From the NCBI GenBank assembly GCA_963778655.1, contig CAVZVA010000002.1:448001-512000 (forward strand): a stretch of DNA of 64,000 nucleotides, in the 5' to 3' direction. The notes beneath the pieces are model-generated. The model saw only the letters and a program-made list of their open reading frames with translations. It had not been told where the DNA came from and ran no database searches. Each line of letters opens with the position of its first letter. Position 1 is the stretch's first letter. This stretch comes from an uncultured delta proteobacterium (lineage in GTDB: Bacteria; Myxococcota_A; Polyangia; Polyangiales; JAFGIB01). Made by a program: the position numbers and the translations under genes. This document shows, piece after piece, positions 54,313-64,000 of the stretch.

Positions 54313-54370
54313 ACTGGAAGGCAGGAAGTCCGGACAGATCTGTATCTTCCCGTCTTCTCGTCTTCCTGTT
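54313..54370. repeat. Dispersed repeat family A, inverted pair
   Basis: ACTGGAAGGCAGGAAGTC ... TCTTCCCGTCTTCTCGTCTTCCTGTT between convergent genes. Confidence 0.75.
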
Positions 54371-54390
54371 GAATCGCCGGCAACCCGAGC

Positions 54391-55281
54391 TCAGCGCGCG
54401 TGGATCAGGCGGCGCTCTTCGCCGTCCTCGAACAGCGCGGTGACCATGCGTTCCGGACCGAGCACCGCTTGGACCTGTCCGGCGCCGAAAGTCGGGTGCA
54501 GGAACCACTCGCCGGCGTGGTAGGCATGACTGCGATCGTAGGGGGCCGCGCGCACGCGTGCGGCGGCAAGCTCGACCGGATCGAGCTTGCGCTTGCCCCG
54601 GACGTGGCGGCCCCCGGTGCGAGGCGCGCTCGGCGCGGTGCGACGTTGCGGCGCCGCGGCGGCGGGCAGGGGACGCGCCGCAGCGGGCTCCCGGGTCAGC
54701 CGCGCGGTGGCGCGGCGCGCCTTGGCCACGTCGGCCACGTTCGGCGCGCACACCAGCACCTCTTCGACCGCGACCGCCGAGCCCTGCTGCAGGCACGCCG
54801 CACGAAACGAATCGGCGGCGCGAACCGCGGACACAATGCGCTCCGAAGCCTCGGCCGCGCCGGGGCCGGCGCCGAGCGCGCCGAATGCCACGCGCAGCGT
54901 GCCGTGCTTGGCCGCGAGCGCGAGCGCGCCGCGCACGCACTGCTCGATCGTCTCGAGTGTGGGCGCTGGCGCGGGCGCGGTCTGCGCGTGGGGCGGCCGA
55001 CTGCCGACCCAGATCAGGTAGTCGCAGCGCAGCTTGCCGGGATGGAGCCTGATCGCCTGGCCCAACGCCAGCCGGCCGCCGCTGAGCTGAGCGCGCTCCT
55101 TGGCCAGGGCCGCAGTCAGGCCGTCGCCATAGACGGCCAGCAGCTCGCGGTCCGGCCCGGGCGGGCGCCACAGCCCGAGATCGATCGTGCCGTCATAGAC
55201 AATCGCGCCGGCACGCTGGGAAGCCGGCAGCTCGTAGAGCGCGGCGCTGAGCAGGACCAAATCCACGCGCCGAGCATACAC
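54391..55281 (-). CDS. Divergent Macro-domain protein with C-terminal Tudor-like (HPxFGxG) domain
   Basis: GQAIRLHPGKLRCDYLIWV and RVAFGALGAG resemble Macro-domain motifs. C-terminus is YHAGEWFLHPTFGAGQV...FEDGEERRL. Start may be GTG 55266. Confidence 0.65.
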   Translation of the reverse strand: MYARRVDLVLLSAALYELPASQRAGAIVYDGTIDLGLWRPPGPDRELLAVYGDGLTAALAKERAQLSGGRLALGQAIRLHPGKLRCDYLIWVGSRPPHAQTAPAPAPTLETIEQCVRGALALAAKHGTLRVAFGALGAGPGAAEASERIVSAVRAADSFRAACLQQGSAVAVEEVLVCAPNVADVAKARRATARLTREPAAARPLPAAAAPQRRTAPSAPRTGGRHVRGKRKLDPVELAAARVRAAPYDRSHAYHAGEWFLHPTFGAGQVQAVLGPERMVTALFEDGEERRLIHAR

Positions 55282-55321
55282 CTTGAGGCGCCCGGGTCGA
55301 CCGCTGCTTCGTGCACCGCGT

Positions 55322-57163
<1,842 letters not shown>

Positions 57164-57345
57164 GCAGCACCCGTTAGCACAGTTCGACTCAAATGTAACA
57201 CACGGCGGCCGGCGGCAAGGTCCGAGCTCAGAACTGCGGCCTTTTGCAGTGATCCTCGGTCCTACAGGCGGGGCGGAAGCTGTGGTAGGCTGCGCGGACA
57301 CGGTGTGGGCCGGCTCCGGGGCGCGCGGAGCGTAGGTCGAGGGTT

Positions 57346-58551
57346 ATGAAGTTGGAGCAGCAAGAGCCGCGCAACCAGATCTACCGGCAGCGGCTCAACG
57401 TGCCGTTCGAGTACGCGGTCTGCTTCACGCGGGGGGTGCTCCAGCCGGACAACCCGTGCCTGGCCGACGCCATCGCCAGCCGCGAGCCCGAGCGCCGCCA
57501 CCGCTTGTGGTGCGTGGTCGACGAAGGCGTGGCGCAGGCTTGGCCGGACCTGTGCGCGGACGTGGCCCGCTACTGCGGCGCGCACGCCGCGCGGCTGGAG
57601 CTGCTCGAGTCTCCGCGGGTAGTGCCCGGCGGCGAGCAGGCCAAGCAGTCGCCGGAGCTGATCGTCTCGCTGCAGGCCGACCTGCGCCGGCTGGGCGTCG
57701 ATCGCCAGTCGTTCGTGCTCGCGATCGGAGGCGGCGCGGTGCTGGATGCGGTGGGCTACGCGGCCGCCACCGCCCACCGCGGCGTGCGTCTGGTGCGCGT
57801 GCCGACCACGGTGCTGTCGCAGAACGACTCCGGCGTGGGCGTGAAGAACGCCGTCAACGCCTTCGGAGCCAAGAACTTTCTCGGCACCTTCGCCCCGCCC
57901 TTTGCCGTGATCAACGACGCGCAGCTGCTGCGAACGCTGTCCCCGCGCGACTTGCGCGCGGGCATGGCCGAGGCGGTCAAGGCGGCGCTGATCCGTGATG
58001 CCGAGTTCTTCCAGTGGATGGAGGCGCAGCGCGCGCAACTGGCACGCTTCGAGCAAGACGCGCTGGAGCGCTCGATCCGCGTCACGGCGGAGATCCACAT
58101 GCGCCACATCGCGAGCGCGGGCGACCCGTTCGAGCTCGGCAGCGCGAGGCCGCTCGACTTCGGGCACTGGGCCGCGCACAAGCTCGAGTCGCTCACCGCC
58201 CACGCATTGCGCCACGGCGAGGCGGTGGCGATCGGCATGGCGCTCGACACGCGCTATAGCGTCGAGGTCGGGCTGCTTGCGGAGGCCGAGGGCGAGCGCG
58301 TGTGCGGTCTGCTCGAGGGGCTCGGCTTCGCGCTGTGGGACGACATACTCGGGGCGCACACGCGCGACGAGCAGCCGGCGGTGCTCGACGGGCTGCGCGA
58401 GTTCCGCGAGCATCTGGGTGGCGAGCTGACGGTGACCCTGCTGAAGGCGATCGGCCATGGCGTCGAGGTCCACCAGATCGACGCCAAAGCCGTGATCGCC
58501 GCGCTGCGCTGGCTGCGGGTCCGCCACGCGGCGCGCGCCGGGCTGGGTTGA
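57346..58551 (+). CDS. eboD: 3-dehydroquinate synthase-family sugar-phosphate cyclase (EboD-like)
   Basis: PGGEQAK, GGGAVLD..GYAAATAHRG, PTTVLSQNDSGVGVKN, DPFELGSARPLDFGHWAAHKLE and LRHGEAV. Adjacent to eboE/eboC-like genes. Confidence 0.85.
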   Translation: MKLEQQEPRNQIYRQRLNVPFEYAVCFTRGVLQPDNPCLADAIASREPERRHRLWCVVDEGVAQAWPDLCADVARYCGAHAARLELLESPRVVPGGEQAKQSPELIVSLQADLRRLGVDRQSFVLAIGGGAVLDAVGYAAATAHRGVRLVRVPTTVLSQNDSGVGVKNAVNAFGAKNFLGTFAPPFAVINDAQLLRTLSPRDLRAGMAEAVKAALIRDAEFFQWMEAQRAQLARFEQDALERSIRVTAEIHMRHIASAGDPFELGSARPLDFGHWAAHKLESLTAHALRHGEAVAIGMALDTRYSVEVGLLAEAEGERVCGLLEGLGFALWDDILGAHTRDEQPAVLDGLREFREHLGGELTVTLLKAIGHGVEVHQIDAKAVIAALRWLRVRHAARAGLG

Positions 58552-58555
58552 GTCG

Positions 58556-58614
58556 CCGGAAAGGGCACGCGCCCTCCCCGCCCCACCCCTCCGCGGGGGC
58601 TCGCTGCGCTCGCT
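58556..58614. repeat. Dispersed repeat family B
   Basis: CCGGAAAGGGCACGCGCCCTCCCCG-CCCCACCC...GGGGCTCGCTGCGCTCGCT. Confidence 0.7.
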
Positions 58615-58675
58615 CGTTCGCGCCATCCTTCGGCGTGGCTCGCGTCGCTCGCTCGTTTCCGCCACAGTCTCGGCC

Positions 58676-59881
58676 ATGAAGCTCGATGACCGTACGCACC
58701 TCGGCTACTGCACCAACGTGCACGCCGGTGAGCAGCTGGCCGAGGTGCGGGCCAACCTGGTTCGCTACAGCGCCGCGGTGCGGGCCGAGCTGTGCCCCGG
58801 GCGGCCGCTCGGACTGGGCCTGTGGCTGTCGGCGGCGGCGGTAGCGAGCCTGGGCGAGGATGGCGCGCTCGCGGCGCTGCAGGAGCTGCTCGCCGAGCAC
58901 GGCCTGTACGTGTTCACGCTCAACGGTTTCCCCTACGGCGCGTTTCACGCGGTCGCGGTCAAGGCGCGGGTGTACCAGCCCGACTGGCGCGACCCGCGGC
59001 GCCTGGCCTACAGCAACGCGCTTGCGGACGCGCTCGCGGCGCTGCTGCCCGAAGGCGTGGAGGGCAGCGTGAGCACCCTACCCTGTGCGTTCGCGCCGGC
59101 GATCGCCAGCGAGCACGACGAGCAGGCCTTGGTCGACAACCTGTTGCGCCATGTGGCGCACCTGCACCGGCTGCACGAGCGCAGCGGCAAGCGCATCGCG
59201 CTGGCGCTCGAGCCCGAGCCCTGCTGCTATCTCGAGACCATCGATCAGACGGTCGCGTTCTTCGAGCAAGAGCTGCGCAGCGGTCACGCGCGCGCGCGGC
59301 TGCGCGAGCTGAGCGGCGCCGATCCGTACGCGCTGCTGCAACGCCACCTGGGCCTGTGCCTGGACTGCTGCCACGCGGCGGTGGAGTTCGAGCAGCCGCG
59401 CGAGCTGCTGGCCAAGCTGCGCAGCGCGGCGATTCCGATCGCAAAAGTGCAGCTCAGCAGCGGGCTGCGCATCGAGCGCGTGGACGCAGCCATGCGCGAG
59501 GCGCTGGTCCCGTACCTGGACGAGGTCTACCTGCACCAGGTGGTGCAGCGAAGGCACGGAGAGCTCACCCGCTACCTCGACCTGCCCGAGGCGCTCGCGG
59601 CGCTCGCGGCCGAGCCGGCGCCCGAGCCGGAATGGCGCGTGCACTTCCACGTGCCCCTGTTCCTCGAGCGCATGCACAGCTTCGGCAGCACTCAGGCCTT
59701 CGTGCGCGAAATCCTGGCGGCGCAGCGGCAGGAGCCGCTGTCCGGGCACCTCGAGGTCGAGACGTACACCTGGGACGTGCTGCCCGACGAGGCGCGCGGC
59801 CTGCCCCTGACGCAAGCGATCGCGCGCGAGCTGCGCTTCTGCCTGCAACAGCTGGACGCCGAGGCCGGGGTTACGCGATGA
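58676..59881 (+). CDS. eboE: Metabolite traffic protein EboE (xylose-isomerase-like TIM barrel)
   Basis: HLGYCTNVH, FTLNGFPYGAFH...VK..VYQPDW, LEPEP.C.LET, CLDCCHAAVEFE, YLHQV, WRVHFHVP and HLEVETYTW.VLP. Confidence 0.92.
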   Translation: MKLDDRTHLGYCTNVHAGEQLAEVRANLVRYSAAVRAELCPGRPLGLGLWLSAAAVASLGEDGALAALQELLAEHGLYVFTLNGFPYGAFHAVAVKARVYQPDWRDPRRLAYSNALADALAALLPEGVEGSVSTLPCAFAPAIASEHDEQALVDNLLRHVAHLHRLHERSGKRIALALEPEPCCYLETIDQTVAFFEQELRSGHARARLRELSGADPYALLQRHLGLCLDCCHAAVEFEQPRELLAKLRSAAIPIAKVQLSSGLRIERVDAAMREALVPYLDEVYLHQVVQRRHGELTRYLDLPEALAALAAEPAPEPEWRVHFHVPLFLERMHSFGSTQAFVREILAAQRQEPLSGHLEVETYTWDVLPDEARGLPLTQAIARELRFCLQQLDAEAGVTR

Positions 59882-60729
59882 CGCTCGTCACCGCCCTGCG
59901 CCTGGGTCGGGTGTCCAACCTGCCGACTACCTGGAGCAACGTGGCGGCCGGTCTGGTGCTCTCGGGCGCTGCCGTGCACCCCGCGCTCGCGCTGGCGCTG
60001 TGCGCCGCGATCAGCTTGCTCTACGTGGGCGGCATGTACCTCAACGACGCGTTCGACCGCGGGTACGACGCGCGCGAGCGACCGGAGCGTCCGATTCCGT
60101 CGGGCCAGGTCCGCGCGGGGACCGTGTTCGCGCTCGGCTTCGGCATGCTCGCGGCGGGCGTCGCGATCGTGGCGGCGGCGGCCGAGACCGGCCCGGCGCC
60201 GCTGCTGGCGGCCGTGGCGCTGGCGGGGCTGATCGTGCTCTACGACGCCTACCACAAGGGAAACCCGCTCAGCCCGCTGTTGATGGCGCTCACCCGCGTG
60301 CTGGTCTACGTGACCGCGGCGCTCGCCGCCCGCGTCGCGTTCACCCCGTTGCTCGGCGCCGGCTGCGCCGCGCTGCTGTGCTACCTGGTCGGGCTGACCT
60401 ACGCCGCCAAGCAGGAGAACCTACGCGAGCCGAGTGGCTTCTGGCCGCTGCTGTTTCTGGGCGCGCCTTTCTTGTTCGCGCCCGCAATGGGCGCCGCCGC
60501 GGGCATCGCCGCCTATCTGCTGCTCGCCGCCTCGACCGCGTTCGGGCTGCGCTTCTTGCTGGTGCGCGGCGCGCGTGACGTCAAGCGCGCGGTCAGCCAG
60601 TTGATCGCGAGCATCTCGCTGCTCGACGCCATGCTGGTCGCCAGCCAGCACCAGACCGCGCTGGCCGCCGCCTGCGTGCTGTGCTTCGCCGCCACCCGCC
60701 TGGCCCAGCGCGTGATCCCGGGCACGTAG
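59878..60729 (+). CDS. eboC: UbiA-family prenyltransferase (EboC-like)
   Basis: LGRVSNLPT.WSN, GMYLNDAFD..YDARERPERPIPSG, YDAYHK and multiple TM helices. ATGA overlap with eboE. Confidence 0.85.
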   Translation: MTLVTALRLGRVSNLPTTWSNVAAGLVLSGAAVHPALALALCAAISLLYVGGMYLNDAFDRGYDARERPERPIPSGQVRAGTVFALGFGMLAAGVAIVAAAAETGPAPLLAAVALAGLIVLYDAYHKGNPLSPLLMALTRVLVYVTAALAARVAFTPLLGAGCAALLCYLVGLTYAAKQENLREPSGFWPLLFLGAPFLFAPAMGAAAGIAAYLLLAASTAFGLRFLLVRGARDVKRAVSQLIASISLLDAMLVASQHQTALAAACVLCFAATRLAQRVIPGT

Positions 60730-60732
60730 GAA

Positions 60733-60800
60733 GCAGGAAGCCAAGAAGACGGGAAGATCCGACGAAGAACAAGCTCTTCTCGTCTTCCCGCCTTGCCGTG
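60733..60800. repeat. Dispersed repeat family A, inverted pair
   Basis: GCAGGAAGCCAAGAAGACGGGAAGA ... TCTTCTCGTCTTCCCGCCTTGCCGTG between convergent genes. Confidence 0.75.
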
Positions 60801-60809
60801 CTCTGAATG

Positions 60810-61622
60810 CTAACGCTGCGGTGGCACGCACAGCGGGTAGGCGTGGCCGTCGCCGCCGTCCTCGTCGCTCGGCAGCACCACCGGGATCTGGGTGCCGATC
60901 GGCAGCAGGCAGGTTCCGGTGTCGAAGGTGCCGCACACGCCGTAGTCGCTGCAGCAGCCCCAGACCGGACCGAATGCACCGAGGTAGCTCGGGCACTCGC
61001 CGGTGATCGAGGGATCGTCGGGCGGCCCGGTGACCGGCGGCGGATTGGTGTCGGTGCTCGACGGCGGCGGCGCGAAGCACACGCCGATGCCGAGCGAGTC
61101 CACGCCGCAGCTGCCGTCGGCCAGGCAGCAGACGGTCGCGCCGGCGTCGTCCTCCGGGCACTTGGTCAGGTCGCAGGTGGGCTGCGGGGCGCCCGCGTCC
61201 GTGGCGGGCGGGTTGGCGAAGCAGATCTGGCCGGTGCCAAAGGGATCGACGCCGCACTGTGCGAACGGCGTGCAGCAGGCGTTGCCGACGGTGGGCGTGG
61301 GGCACTCCGCCAGCACGCACACCGCGTCGGTGCTGATCTGACCCGGCAGCGGAACGCAGTTCAGCCCGAGCCCGGTAGGGTCCATGCCGCACTGCGCGTT
61401 CGGGGTGCAGCAGGCCAGGCCCGCGTCCGGCACCGGACACTTGGAAAGCTCGCACACGCCGGGCTTCATGGTCGCGTCCATCGCGGCGTCCACGGCCGCA
61501 TCCCGCAGCCTCGGCGCTCCGACTCCGGCGTCGAAGCCGTCGCGCGAGGCCCTGAACGCGTTGCGACCCTCACCACAAGAAAACAACGCCAACCCCAAGC
61601 AAGCCACCACCAATCGCTTCAC
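60810..61622 (-). CDS. Cys-rich repeat lipoprotein
   Basis: GTG start after GGAG, LFSC lipobox, three C.L..CP.....CC....CG.D..G.G..C repeats and a fourth divergent copy. Confidence 0.75.
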   Translation of the reverse strand: MKRLVVACLGLALFSCGEGRNAFRASRDGFDAGVGAPRLRDAAVDAAMDATMKPGVCELSKCPVPDAGLACCTPNAQCGMDPTGLGLNCVPLPGQISTDAVCVLAECPTPTVGNACCTPFAQCGVDPFGTGQICFANPPATDAGAPQPTCDLTKCPEDDAGATVCCLADGSCGVDSLGIGVCFAPPPSSTDTNPPPVTGPPDDPSITGECPSYLGAFGPVWGCCSDYGVCGTFDTGTCLLPIGTQIPVVLPSDEDGGDGHAYPLCVPPQR

Positions 61623-61733
61623 GCTGCGCTCTCCTTCGCCGAATACGGCAAGCAAGCTTCGGAGATCGATCATGAGGGCCCGCGCACCGGCGCGTAAAGG
61701 CACCGCGCGCCCGACATGTACGCCGAGCCGTGA

Positions 61734-63552
61734 CTACATGCGCTCGATCTTGAGCGCACCGATCCGCGCGCCGGCCTGCGCGCGCAGCGCGATCCCGACT
61801 CGCGGCGGCAGGCTCGTGGCGTCGCAGGAACGCTGCTGCGAGCCGCTGTGCAGCACCAGCGCGCTGCCGCGGCGCTCGATTGCGAGCGACTCGCCGGCCG
61901 CGTGCGCCAGACGGCATGTGCCGTAGGCAAGGGCCTTGGCGCCTAGCGCCACCTCTGCAGGCTTCGCGCCCGCGGGCTCGAGCAACAGGCTGGCCTCGCC
62001 CTGCAGCTGGAGCTCGATGCGTACGTCTGCGAAGCGCAGCAACGGCAGGTCGAAGCGCGCGTCCTGCTGCCCCGCGACCAGCGCCTCGCCGTCGCGCTGC
62101 CAGCGCGGCGCGACGTCCAGCGCCACCTGCAACGGGCCCGGACCCAGCAGCTTGCCCGGCGCGTCATCGAGCTCGCTTTGCAGATCGTGGCGGCCGAGCG
62201 AGAGCCCGAGCTTGTCGAGCTCCACCTCGCTGCCGTCGTCGAGCAGCAGCAGGTGCTCGGGCACGCGCGAGACCGCGTCCTCGCTCGGCTCGACCGTGCC
62301 CTCGTTCAAGTCGATCAGGAAGGCCTGGCGCGCGATCATCTGCGCGGGCGCGCGGGCGGTCAGCAACAGGCGGCCGTCGTGCAGCGCGAGCAGCCGCAGC
62401 TGCTCGAGAATCGTGCACGCCGCCGGCTGCGAGCGCGGCGGGGTCGATGACGCCGGCCTCGAGCCCGAAGCCGTCGCCGTCGGGCACCACCAGCACGAGC
62501 TCGCAACGCCCCGCGCCGGGATCGGCGCCGGCATCGCAGCCCACGTATGCGACGCGGTCGCCCTCGAGCGCCGCCACCGCGGCCTGCGCGTGCGACGGCA
62601 GGCTGGCGACCGCGCTAAAGCGCTGCGTGCGCGGCTCGAAGCGCTCGAGCTCGGGCGCGGGCGGCGCTTGTGGATCGCTCGTGGGGCTGCCGAGCGCGAC
62701 CAGCACCGCGCCGCTGTCGAGCACGAGCAGCCGGGGCGCGATGCGCGCCACCTGCAGCGAGCCGTCCGCGAGCTGCGCCGCGCCAGCCTCGAGATCGATC
62801 AGCTCGGCGCTGGCGAGCGGATCGCCGCCCAGCTCGGCCCGGCCGCCGGCCAGCAGCACGCGCCCGTCGGGCAGGCGAACCGCGCCGTGATCGCGGCGCG
62901 GGCCGCCCGCGAGCTTTCGGTTCTGCGCTGCGTCGAAGCGCCCGATCTCGCTATCGAACACCTCGTAGGTGGTGCTCCCATCGGGGCCGCCGCCCGCCAC
63001 CACCACGCGCGTGTCGACCCGCGTCGCGCTGGCGCCGACGCGCCGCAGCAGCATGCCGCCCTCGACCTCGCTGACCAGCACCGCGCCGGCGGAGAGCACG
63101 GCCGCGCGCGCGCTCGCGGCTTCGCTTTCGTCCTGCCCGCCCGCGATCAGGACGCCCCCATCCGGCAGCCCGACCACCGCTGCGCCCTCGGCCGCGCCCG
63201 CAAGGGGATCGCCGAGCGGACAGGAGCGGCCCACCGGGAGCATCAACACGTCGCGATCCAGATCGCGACCGCCGAGCGCGACCAGCCCGCCGGCTCGCGT
63301 GTCGCCGCTGCGCCCCTCGAGCGCGAGCCAGCGCGACGCCAGCGGCAAGCCGTCGAGCGAGATCGCCGCGTTTCCCGACAGCGCGCGCGACTGAGCCGGG
63401 AAATCCCCGGTCGCGCGCAGGCTCAGGCGCTCACCCGCAGGCAGCTCGCAGCCGGGCAGCTCGCGCAACGCCAGCTGCGCGGTGGTGATGCGCGGCGCAG
63501 GCGCACAGCCACCGCAGGCAAGCCCCGCCGCCAACCATAAAGCAGGCCGCAT
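61734..63552 (-). pseudogene. Kelch/galactose oxidase-repeat lipoprotein split by a 1-bp frameshift near 62410
   Basis: LACGGC leader and Kelch repeats (LPDGGVLIAGG, RRDHGAVRLPDGRVLLAGG). The frame shifts between ...AAGGVHD and LEQLRLLALHDGRLLLT; removing one base restores a 606-codon ORF. Confidence 0.72.
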
Positions 63553-63571
63553 GCGATATCCTTTCTCACGG

Positions 63572-64000
63572 ATGGCGGAGGCCACGCAATCATCGCCCGC
63601 GGCGGGCGGCCCGCAGCGCTTCGGCAAGTATTGGCTCGACGCGCAGCTCGCAGAGGGCGGCATGTCGCGCGTGATGCTGGCGCGGCTGCGCGGCCCGGGC
63701 GGCTTCGAGAAGAAGCTGGTGGTCAAGCAGATCCTGCCCCAGCTCGCGCAGGACCCTGGCTTCATCGAGCTGTTCGTGCACGAGGCCAACACGCTGGTGC
63801 AGATGAGCCACCCCAACATCGTGCCGGTCTACGAGCTGGGCGTGGTGGACGGCGTGTATTTCCTGGCGATGGAGCTGGTGGAGGGCGCGACGGTGGCCGA
63901 GCTGCTGCGCGACGGCGCGCTGCCAGAGGCGCTGTGCGCGCACATCGGCGCGCAGATCTGCGAGGCGCTGGCCTACGCGCACGAGCGCTTCGGGCTGGTG
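63572..64000 (+). CDS. Ser/Thr protein kinase, 3'-truncated by the window edge
   Basis: My translation (not in the ORF track): MAEATQ...RFGKYWLDAQLAEGGMSRVMLAR..GPGGFEKKLVVKQILP...HEA...HPNIVPVYELG...LAMELVEG. Confidence 0.9.
   Translation, partial: MAEATQSSPAAGGPQRFGKYWLDAQLAEGGMSRVMLARLRGPGGFEKKLVVKQILPQLAQDPGFIELFVHEANTLVQMSHPNIVPVYELGVVDGVYFLAMELVEGATVAELLRDGALPEALCAHIGAQICEALAYAHERFGLV

Noticed and set aside
57164..57345. Sigma54 -24/-12 promoter for the ebo genes
   Set aside because: I found no convincing TGGC-type GG-N10-GC element. Only a short dyad ACTGC-N8-GCAGT near 57233 is present, which is too weak to call.
57346..58551. Calling this gene the housekeeping aroB
   Set aside because: The AHRG, QNDSGVGVKN and SARPLDFGHW variants and the eboE/eboC context fit the EboD subgroup better.

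Overview
This is a 64 kb chromosomal window from a very GC-rich bacterium (roughly 70% GC by eye, not computed). The gene content points to Myxococcota, probably Polyangia-like (inference): several Hanks-type Ser/Thr kinases, an FHA-domain sigma54 activator, PEGA/TPR and Kelch proteins, and many lipoproteins with Gly- and DAG-rich linkers. About 50 CDS are supported. Housekeeping genes include metH with an ArsR-methyltransferase (SahR-type) regulator, mutM, moaB, an ABC-F ATPase, ribE, purB and a thiolase. Accessory genes include two GH26 lipoproteins, a KAP NTPase, an ECF sigma trio, a protein O-mannosyltransferase-like operon and a partial ebo operon (eboD-E-C). I found no rRNA, tRNA, CRISPR array, transposase or integrase. 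The strongest unexplained signals are: (1) a 165-nt intergenic rod-like inverted repeat at 22448-22612 whose G-U wobbles all favour the + strand; (2) two dispersed REP-like repeat families (8 and 3 copies) and an 8x18-bp tandem repeat; (3) unusual domain fusions: CGFS glutaredoxin/Cys-less IscA-like/rhodanese, divergent Macro/Tudor-like, and FHA/degenerate GGDEF/sigma54 AAA+; (4) a tightly coupled GDPD-membrane protein-Pmt-lipoprotein operon. Two genes carry single-base frameshifts that may be sequencing errors. All product calls come from reading motifs by eye; no database searches were run, and start codons are often uncertain.
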